A stretch of DNA of 64,000 nt from an uncultured Faecalibacterium sp. (GTDB taxonomy: Bacteria; Bacillota; Clostridia; Oscillospirales; Acutalibacteraceae), in assembly GCA_964448225.1 (NCBI GenBank), contig CAYUVR010000001.1, positions 37,721 to 101,720 of the forward strand, given 5' to 3'. Of the stretch, positions 28,725-35,445 are shown one piece after another. The notes below the pieces were generated by a model. The model was given only the letters and a program-made list of their open reading frames with translations, was not told the origin of the DNA and searched no databases. A program made the translations under genes and the position numbers. Positions within the stretch are counted from its first letter, which is position 1, and every line of letters starts with the position of its first letter.

Positions 28725-29672
28725 ATGGGTGATATTGATTTCAAAAAGTTTATGAAGGGTGCCCTTCACGGTCCTGAAGAAGGGGATAAAATAGAATATT
28801 TCAACCTCAAAGCAAAGGTATCGGCAAATGTTCTGACAAATGCACAGGATATGCCCACCCCCGCTTATACTTATGATGCGGATATTACTAAATTCTGGCA
28901 GGAGTTTCAATCTTTCAGAAAAGAGTGCGGATATCAGCTTACTTTCAATGATGTTATGATAAAGGCTATGGTTGAAGCTCTCAAGGTTGCACCGAGACTT
29001 AATTCATATATCGAATATAACCGCCTTTGCACCACAGGCAGACTTATCATCAAAAAGCATATTGATGTTGCTCTTCCCGTGCTTCTTGATTCGGGCGAGA
29101 CATTTCCCGTGAAACTCAGATCAGCCGAAGAAAAGAGTCTGAAGGAAATTTCCGACAGGGTGGTTGAACTCACTCATATGCTCAGAACAAATGATGTTGA
29201 TAATGTGCTTTTCGATATGATTGCCCAAAGAACAGTCGGCTTCATTCTCAAAGGAAAAATCCTTTCAACGGTTTGTCAGACTGTTGCCGGTTATTTCGGC
29301 AAAGGTAAGGTTGCAAAATTTTCAGACCTTGGCAAACGTGCGCCAAAAGGCCCCGGTTATCTTGAAATCAATGACCTTGATGAGGGTACGGTTTGTTTCA
29401 CCAACCTCGGCGCAGTAAACAAAAACATCAACGGAAGAGTTACTAACGCACCGCTTCTTTATCCTCAGGTCTTTTTGATGGCTGTCGGTGTTGCAACTGA
29501 CGAAAACTATGTTTTCAAAAACGAAAAAGGCGAAATTGATATGGGCACAAAAAAGATTCTTCCCATCACAATTGCTTTTGACCACAGAATCGGCGGCTTC
29601 GGTGACATTCTTCCCTTTATCAAAAAGCTTGATGAAGTTTTCTCAAATCCGGAAATTATCAGAGAGTGGTAA
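28725..29672 (+). CDS. Stand-alone 2-oxoacid dehydrogenase E2-type acyltransferase catalytic domain
   Basis: 315 aa. Catalytic DHR motif (AFDHRIGGFGD, 29580-29588). No lipoyl or subunit-binding domain. Start set at ATG 28725, 10 nt after GGAG. Confidence 0.7.
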   Translation: MGDIDFKKFMKGALHGPEEGDKIEYFNLKAKVSANVLTNAQDMPTPAYTYDADITKFWQEFQSFRKECGYQLTFNDVMIKAMVEALKVAPRLNSYIEYNRLCTTGRLIIKKHIDVALPVLLDSGETFPVKLRSAEEKSLKEISDRVVELTHMLRTNDVDNVLFDMIAQRTVGFILKGKILSTVCQTVAGYFGKGKVAKFSDLGKRAPKGPGYLEINDLDEGTVCFTNLGAVNKNINGRVTNAPLLYPQVFLMAVGVATDENYVFKNEKGEIDMGTKKILPITIAFDHRIGGFGDILPFIKKLDEVFSNPEIIREW

Positions 29673-29696
29673 AAATATGAATTATTCACAGCATTT

Positions 29697-29732
29697 CTTT
29701 TGGAGGTGCTGTGATTTTTTTCTTGTCTTTTC
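29697..29732 (+). terminator. Intrinsic terminator
   Basis: CACAGCA/UGCUGUG stem followed by A-T7. Confidence 0.7.
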
Positions 29733-29832
29733 AGGTCTTTAGTGTTATCGTAAAATAAAGAAAATTTTTTTCTGAAAAGTGTCAGAAAGAGTACTGAAAC
29801 CGGTAGATTATATTATGAAAGGACGTGATGGA

Positions 29833-30135
29833 ATGGACGACAGACAAATTATAGCAATGCTGTTTCAGCGAGATGACCTTGCACTCAAAGAAATTGCCTT
29901 GAAATACGGTAAACTGATTTTTCGTGTGGCAGATAATATTCTCTGCTGCCATGAGGATTCCGGGGAATGTGTCAACGATACATATCTTGCGGTGTGGAAC
30001 AGTATACCTCCGCAAAATCCCAACCCTTTCATATCATTCATCTGCAAAATTACCCGCAACCTTTCAATGAAAAAGCTCCGTGACAAAAACGCAAAAAAGA
30101 GAAGTGCCCAAACCTTGCCTATATGTTTATTATGA
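29833..30135 (+). pseudogene. Truncated sigma-70 family (ECF-like) factor, region 2 only
   Basis: Region-2-like sequence (NDTYLAVWNSIPPQNP...ICKITRNLSMKKLRDKNAKKR), then 10 unrelated codons and a stop. No region 4. A normal member would be about 170-190 aa. Confidence 0.6.
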
Positions 30136-30607
30136 TGCGTCAGATGCTTCGGGTGTCACAACCAGGAAGTACGTTGCGGATGAAGAGGTGATTGATGTCT
30201 TCGTCGATATTCTTCAAAACAGCAGAAACGTTGAGGGTGTCAGAACAGATACGGACTATTCGGAAGGAAACCTGCATTTATATGCAAATATTCTGGGCGG
30301 TAGATATACTTTCTGTCTGACACAAGCGGGATATATGTATTTTGGTTTGAGCGACAGTAACCTGCGCTATGGTATAGGCAAAGAAGCGTATCAGAGCTTC
30401 TTGTTACTTCTTGAAAGCAAAGGTGCAGCTGAGGAACAGCCGTTGCTCTCACCGACTACTCAGGTGTCAACTTCACAGGGATATACTGTTGAGATGCCTT
30501 CTGAGTATGAAGAGGGTAATAACAGTTCGCAATCAACAACCACCCGGGCTGCATATATTCCTGACGGCTTACAGACGGAGAAAAACACTATTGACAACCC
30601 TCTTTAA
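30080..30607 (+). pseudogene. Frame +1 ORF overlapping the sigma remnant (unknown domain, possible anti-sigma or fusion remnant)
   Basis: Open frame with no credible own start or SD. It overlaps the sigma ORF by 56 nt. An A6 tract at 30093-30098 sits at the junction. Confidence 0.4.
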
Positions 30608-30640
30608 AAATGTTAAACTGAAGAGGAATATTTTGAAGGG

Positions 30641-30676
30641 GATCTTTATCTATTCCGAGATAGAGGTCTCTTTTTA
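30641..30676 (+). terminator. Intrinsic terminator
   Basis: 11-bp stem GAUCUUUAUCU/AGAUAGAGGUC (two G-U pairs) followed by UCUUUUUAU. Confidence 0.65.
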
Positions 30677-30722
30677 TGTTAGGTTGACGAGTATAATCCG
30701 AACCTTAAGGAGGAAGATATTT

Positions 30723-32114
30723 ATGAAAAAAGATGTAGTTATTATAGGTGCAGGCCCTGCCGGTATTTTTACTGCTCTTGAAATGATTAAAAAGGGCTCA
30801 AAGAAAAGTATTATGATCGTTGAAAAGGGACAGCCTGTTGAAAAAAGACATTGCCCCAAGGATAAAACCAGGAAGTGTGTCAACTGCAAGCCCTATTGCC
30901 ATATCACCACAGGCTTTTCAGGCGCAGGTGCATTCTCTGACGGCAAGCTTTCACTCTGCTGTGAGGTGGGCGGTGACCTTCCTCAGCTTATAGGCGAAAA
31001 AAAGGCACAGGATACAATCGACTATGCAGATAAAATTTATCTTGAGTTTGGTGCAGATACCCACATTGAGGGCATCAATAATTCACAGGAAGTCAAAGAA
31101 ATCCGTATGAGAGCAATTCAGGCTGGTCTCAAGCTTGTTGACTGCCCGATAAGACATATGGGTACGGAAAAAGCGCAGGATATCTATTATGCGATTGAAC
31201 AGTATCTTCTTGAACACGGCGTTGAAATGATTTTCGGTTATGAATGTTACGATATTATTCTTAATGACGGCACTTGCAAGGGTGTGCATCTGAAAAACAG
31301 CAAGGGCGACGAAATGACAATTGAAGCCGATAACACCGTTATTGCAACAGGCAGAAGAGGTGCTGACTGGCTTGAAAAAATCTGCGCAGAATACGATATC
31401 GCACATCAGCCCGGTACTGTTGATATTGGTGTCCGTGTTGAAGTTCGTAACGAAATCATCGAAAAGGTCAACGAGGTGCTTTATGAATCAAAGCTTATCG
31501 GTTATCCTCAGCCCTTCAAAAACAAGGTGCGAACCTTCTGCCAGAATCCCGGTGGATTTGTAAGTCAGGAAAACTATGACAATGACCTTGCAGTTGTCAA
31601 CGGTCACAGCTATAAGGACCTCAAGAGCAACAACACAAACCTTGCAATTCTTGTTTCCCACAACTTCAGCTATCCCTTCAATCAGCCTATAGAATATGCC
31701 AAAAAGGTGGGCGAGCTGACAAATATGCTCGGTGCAAATCATATCCTCGTTCAGCGCTTCGGCGATATCCTCGACGGCAAGAGAACCTGGGAAAAGGAGC
31801 TTTCACAGTCCAATGTCAAACCCACTCTTCCCGATGCTGTTGCAGGTGACATCACCGCTGCAATGCCTTACAGAGCAATGATGAACATCATCAATTTCAT
31901 CAAGGCAATGGATCACGTTGTACCCGGTTTTGCTTCAACCGAGACACTTCTTTATTCACCTGAGCTTAAGTTTTATTCTAACCGTGTAAAGATGGACGAT
32001 AAGTTCAACACCAATGTCAAGGGACTTCATTGCCTCGGTGACTCCTCAGGCTGGACAAGAGGACTTATGATGGCATCTGTTATGGGTGTACTTATGGGCA
32101 GAGAGCTTATATAA
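30723..32114 (+). CDS. FAD-dependent oxidoreductase (uncharacterised FAD-dependent dehydrogenase type)
   Basis: N-terminal dinucleotide fold VVIIGAGPAGIFTA. 463 aa. AAGGAGGAAG SD. The long ORF-track extension from 30411 is discounted. Confidence 0.8.
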   Translation: MKKDVVIIGAGPAGIFTALEMIKKGSKKSIMIVEKGQPVEKRHCPKDKTRKCVNCKPYCHITTGFSGAGAFSDGKLSLCCEVGGDLPQLIGEKKAQDTIDYADKIYLEFGADTHIEGINNSQEVKEIRMRAIQAGLKLVDCPIRHMGTEKAQDIYYAIEQYLLEHGVEMIFGYECYDIILNDGTCKGVHLKNSKGDEMTIEADNTVIATGRRGADWLEKICAEYDIAHQPGTVDIGVRVEVRNEIIEKVNEVLYESKLIGYPQPFKNKVRTFCQNPGGFVSQENYDNDLAVVNGHSYKDLKSNNTNLAILVSHNFSYPFNQPIEYAKKVGELTNMLGANHILVQRFGDILDGKRTWEKELSQSNVKPTLPDAVAGDITAAMPYRAMMNIINFIKAMDHVVPGFASTETLLYSPELKFYSNRVKMDDKFNTNVKGLHCLGDSSGWTRGLMMASVMGVLMGRELI

Positions 32115-32129
32115 ATACTCAATAAAACG

Positions 32130-32162
32130 AAAACTCCGACATCTGCCGTGTCGGAGTTTTTT
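32130..32162. terminator. Bidirectional terminator between the FAD gene and the XRE gene
   Basis: 12-bp stem AAAACUCCGACA/UGUCGGAGUUUU. Confidence 0.75.
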
Positions 32163-32445
32163 ATAATAGTGATGAAAGAAAATCTGCAAGAAGTCTTATC
32201 TGCTCATTATTGAGCTTTTCAATTGCATATTCAAGCTCAGAGTTTTTTTGTTCTATGTCAAAAAATTCTTTAAGGGTTATATTCAGTCCAAAACAAATGT
32301 ATTCAAGATATTCAACTGTCGGCTGTTTGTTTCCAAGCTCAATATCGCGGAGATAGCTTTGAGAAACTCCCGAAAGATTTGCTAATTTATTTACAGATAA
32401 ATTTCTTTTATTTCTGAAATACTTAATCCTTGAACCTACATCCAT
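32161..32445 (-). CDS. XRE-family helix-turn-helix regulator
   Basis: 94 aa. The sequence IKYFRNKRNLSVNKLANLSGVSQSYLRDIELGNKQP is a typical Cro/C1 HTH. Confidence 0.85.
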   Translation of the reverse strand: MDVGSRIKYFRNKRNLSVNKLANLSGVSQSYLRDIELGNKQPTVEYLEYICFGLNITLKEFFDIEQKNSELEYAIEKLNNEQIRLLADFLSSLL

Positions 32446-32540
32446 AATTTTCTCCTTTAGTCAAATGAAAATCGAGTTAAAAGGTATCTCTATTGAAATA
32501 ATTTTATCAAATAAACACGGAAATAATTACATCTAAAGTA

Positions 32541-32569
32541 TTGACAAATTATATCAAAAGAGATAAAAT
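32541..32569 (+). promoter_or_regulatory. Promoter of the zinc-ribbon operon, divergent from the XRE gene
   Basis: TTGACA (32541-32546), 17-nt spacer, TAAAAT (32564-32569). Confidence 0.6.
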
Positions 32570-32601
32570 ATTTTTACTGAAAAAATAGGAGGTATAAAAT
32601 T

Positions 32602-32862
32602 ATGTTTTTTATTTATGGCAGAAAAGAGGTATTGGAAGATGACACTTGGTCGGGTGAGCTTGAGTGTCCTAATTGCGGAGCAAAAACAAAGCACATTTTC
32701 AAATTAAGAAAATTATATCCGACAATTTTTTTCATTACAATCCCTCTTCCCCGAACACTTAAAAGACACTTGGTATGCACAAACTGCGGTGCAAACCGTG
32801 TTGTGAAAAAAGCTGAGTATGAAAGCCTTAAGCAAGGAGCTTCAAACATGATTGAACAGTAA
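32602..32862 (+). CDS. Small zinc-ribbon protein with a central hydrophobic segment
   Basis: 86 aa. CPNC...CTNC pairs flank LYPTIFFITIPLP. AGGAGG SD. Confidence 0.65.
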   Translation: MFFIYGRKEVLEDDTWSGELECPNCGAKTKHIFKLRKLYPTIFFITIPLPRTLKRHLVCTNCGANRVVKKAEYESLKQGASNMIEQ

Positions 32863-32875
32863 ATGGGTAAGAAAA

Positions 32876-33556
32876 ATGAAAAAAATAATCGCTATATTAA
32901 CAGCTTTTTTTTTAATTGTTTTATTTATGTTTTCGGCAATGGCTGAATACATATATGAAGGTATGTATATTACTGTGAAAATTCCCGATAGTTTTGAAAG
33001 ATATGAATTTGATGATGAACCTGATTATGTCACTTTTTTAGACAGCAGTAACGATAACCAAATTAATATCTCAGAAAAGTATAATTCTGATAAAATTGAT
33101 TGGGGAAATCTTTCTGCGGATGAAATAGAGATTTTGAAAGAGAAGGCAGATAGTCTTTTTATTACAGAAGGAGAAGGGTGTTATTTCACTCTTGAACCGA
33201 GAGTTTCTAAGGTGGAACATCCTTATAATGGTATTAAAGTTTATGCGGAGTATATTGATCCCGGTGTAAGCGAAAAAACAATTTCGTGTTCATATTATCT
33301 GTTTTCAACTGAACATTATGCTTATACGATATCATTTATGTCTTTTAACAGTTACACATCATGGTACGAAGAAGTTTTAGATTCTCTTATGATAGGATGG
33401 GGATATGCCGGAAGTGATAGCCGGATTACAGAAACAACTGTTTCATCAACTGATTCGAGCGGCTTTGATTTTGGAAATATAGGTAAAATTTGTTTAGTTG
33501 TTATCGTTGCTATTACTGTTATAAATTTTATAACAGGAAGAAAACAAAAAAAGTAA
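32876..33556 (+). CDS. Hypothetical exported protein with a C-terminal TM anchor
   Basis: Signal peptide MKKIIAILTAFFLIVLFMFSAMA, about 170-aa domain, Ser/Thr patch, C-terminal helix ICLVVIVAITVINFI plus a basic tail. Confidence 0.65.
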   Translation: MKKIIAILTAFFLIVLFMFSAMAEYIYEGMYITVKIPDSFERYEFDDEPDYVTFLDSSNDNQINISEKYNSDKIDWGNLSADEIEILKEKADSLFITEGEGCYFTLEPRVSKVEHPYNGIKVYAEYIDPGVSEKTISCSYYLFSTEHYAYTISFMSFNSYTSWYEEVLDSLMIGWGYAGSDSRITETTVSSTDSSGFDFGNIGKICLVVIVAITVINFITGRKQKK

Positions 33557-33566
33557 GGTTGATTAA

Positions 33567-34496
33567 ATGAAAAAAATAATCGCAGCTATTGCGGTAATTG
33601 CAGTTCTTATTGTTGGCTATAATTTGCTGTTTTTAGATTCGTCCTTTGAAAAGGATTTGAAAGAAAGTTTACCGTATGACCTGATAGCATATACTCTTTT
33701 CGATTCTTATGATTCGGAATACAAGCTTGAAGTTAAGGATTTTACGGTAGACAGGCATGTCAGAAACGGAAACTATGATACGGCAGATTGTACTATTGTT
33801 CTTGAAGATAATAATATCAAGAAAACAGTGTATGTAACTTTATATAGCACCAAATATAACAATGGTTGGCAGGTTGACAACTGGACTGAAAATCATAAAT
33901 CGGTAGTTATTCCTAAATATGCACCCGACTCATTTGAAATGGAATTAGAAGCAAGTGAAGGCGGTTATGTGAATCTGACGGAAAGATCGGAAGACTCGGA
34001 TTATTCAGACGGATTTTTCTCAAAAACATACAGCACTTATGATGTGTATGACTATGTAACTTTTACAGGCGACATTATAGTTAATGCTGAGTTTGTTGAA
34101 GAATATAATTCTGACATTTCATGTTACGGTTGGAAATATTCGTCAGATGATAATACAAGTTATGATTGGACAGTTGGCGGTATTTGGAATATGGTGTGGA
34201 ATGACGGAAACATAAATTATCTTTATAAAGCTCAGAAAACCATATTTTATATTGGTTTTAACGGAAACACTTATGGTAACGCTATATGTTATCATTACCC
34301 ATTTGGTGGAGAAGAAGCCAAAGTTTATGAAGATGACGAGTTGGCTTATAAAGTAGAGGGATACAACCCTGATACGCTTAAGCTTTCTGTCAAAAGCAAT
34401 TGCGTTGAGATGATTTTCACTTGTGACACTTGTGAAGCCTACATTGGCTCAAAGGATCTTTGGGGACTTCCGTGTCAAAACATAACACGTGAATAA
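33567..34496 (+). CDS. Hypothetical N-terminally anchored extracytoplasmic protein
   Basis: 309 aa. The first 17 nt are identical to the preceding gene (ATGAAAAAAATAATCGC). Tyr/Asn/Asp-rich, no recognised family. Confidence 0.65.
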   Translation: MKKIIAAIAVIAVLIVGYNLLFLDSSFEKDLKESLPYDLIAYTLFDSYDSEYKLEVKDFTVDRHVRNGNYDTADCTIVLEDNNIKKTVYVTLYSTKYNNGWQVDNWTENHKSVVIPKYAPDSFEMELEASEGGYVNLTERSEDSDYSDGFFSKTYSTYDVYDYVTFTGDIIVNAEFVEEYNSDISCYGWKYSSDDNTSYDWTVGGIWNMVWNDGNINYLYKAQKTIFYIGFNGNTYGNAICYHYPFGGEEAKVYEDDELAYKVEGYNPDTLKLSVKSNCVEMIFTCDTCEAYIGSKDLWGLPCQNITRE

Positions 34497-34587
34497 TAAA
34501 TAATGAGGAAAAAACATGAAGCGTCGAACTCAGGCAGTAAAGTGTAAAAACTACCCGCTGAGTTTACGCTTTGTCTCTATTATAAGA

Positions 34588-34613
34588 GGGCGGATATTAT
34601 CCGCCCTTTTTGT
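34588..34613 (+). terminator. Intrinsic terminator of the islet operon
   Basis: GGGCGGA/UCCGCCC stem followed by TTTTTGTT. Confidence 0.8.
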
Positions 34614-34738
34614 TATTCTGCACAAAAATACGGTGTTTCAAAAAGGTAACGAAAACGAAAAAAAGAGGGTAAAAAGCAGTTCATCTTTTCATTCTTTTGT
34701 TCAAATTATACAAAATAAATCAAATATGTGGAAAACTA

Positions 34739-34767
34739 TTGACATCTAATTTCGATTCATATATAAT
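34739..34767 (+). promoter_or_regulatory. Stand-alone consensus sigma-A promoter
   Basis: Perfect TTGACA (34739-34744), 17-nt spacer, TATAAT (34762-34767). It lies downstream of a terminator and no CDS follows. Confidence 0.6.
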
Positions 34768-35363
34768 AAAGGTGCAATAAAGAGAAAGGGGTGTTACCAA
34801 TGTACTGTTTAGTATAAACCGTACGATTTGATAACATTAAAATTATATCAACTCAAAAATCTTTTTTATCCAACCGTGTTAGAAATAACACACAAATTAT
34901 AATGATTATCAGATCGATTTCGGTATCGACAAAATATAAAGTCACAGAGTAAGGGGTTACTCTTCTGTGCAGTTCTTATGTGCCTTGTGAAGAAAAGGAA
35001 GGCATATAAGAGATGAAGAAAACAGAATAAAAAGTATCTCACAGCCTTATGGAGTAAGAGTTCACAGGAGAAAGTGTTTAAATCGGAGGACTTTTAAGGT
35101 TATGAGTCCTTAGAACCTGAACTTGAAAGGCAACCGGCAGCAATATCGAATATGTGGGCTTCAGAGACATTCAGAAACAGAGACATTATCTTTTTAAGTA
35201 TTTCAATAATTTCCTAAGACGAATGTAAAAAGCCAAGTGAATGATGAAGAGAAAAGATCGAATTCTGCAAACGGAACAAACAGAGATACGTAATAGAATT
35301 TAACGCAAAACAATTTGCAAAAATTCAAATTTTAAAACCAGAAAAAACTTTGTCAAAATAAAT

Positions 35364-35391
35364 CTCCGGCATAACGAAGGTTATGTCGGAG
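35364..35391. terminator. 12-bp hairpin with a GAAG loop (second terminator)
   Basis: CUCCGGCAUAAC-GAAG-GUUAUGUCGGAG. T-rich sequence follows on both strands. Confidence 0.55.
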
Positions 35392-35416
35392 AAAATTTTT
35401 ATATTAAATCGGCTGC

Positions 35417-35444
35417 AAAAAAAGGACAGAAGCTGTCCTTTTTT
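35417..35444. terminator. Bidirectional intrinsic terminator
   Basis: A7-GGACAG-AAG-CUGUCC-T6, directly after the stop of the convergent PHP gene. Confidence 0.8.
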
Positions 35445-35445
35445 A

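Larger units (their letters stand above)
34774..35444 (+). ncRNA. Candidate large non-coding RNA (family unknown)
   Basis: No ORF of 60 codons or more in any frame across 34750-35325. About 72% purine on the + strand in two hand-counted 60-nt lines. Several 7-12 bp hairpins, including a GAAA-capped one. Ends at terminators 35364-35391 and 35417-35444. Confidence 0.35.

Noticed and set aside
34516-34749. 77-codon ORF in the islet/ncRNA spacer.
   Set aside because: It runs through two hairpins, including an intrinsic terminator. Its composition is not protein-like. It was kept only as a low-probability alternative in one finding.
35329-35356. Minus-strand promoter-like TTGACA-16-TAAAAT pointing antisense into the ORF-free region.
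   Set aside because: Such matches are common in AT-rich sequence and there is no supporting terminator or purine bias for that strand. I cannot exclude antisense transcription, so strand assignment of the ncRNA candidate needs RNA data.
34774-35444. Tested whether the ORF-free stretch is tmRNA, RNase P RNA, a T-box, a group II intron or a ToxI-like repeat array.
   Set aside because: It has no tRNA-like acceptor/T-arm ends or ALAA-type tag ORF, and no GAGGAAAGUCC-type P4 element. It also lacks a T-box sequence and a GUGYG 5' end with domain V. No tandem repeats were found beyond one 10-nt duplicate (CAGAGACATT at 35162 and 35178).
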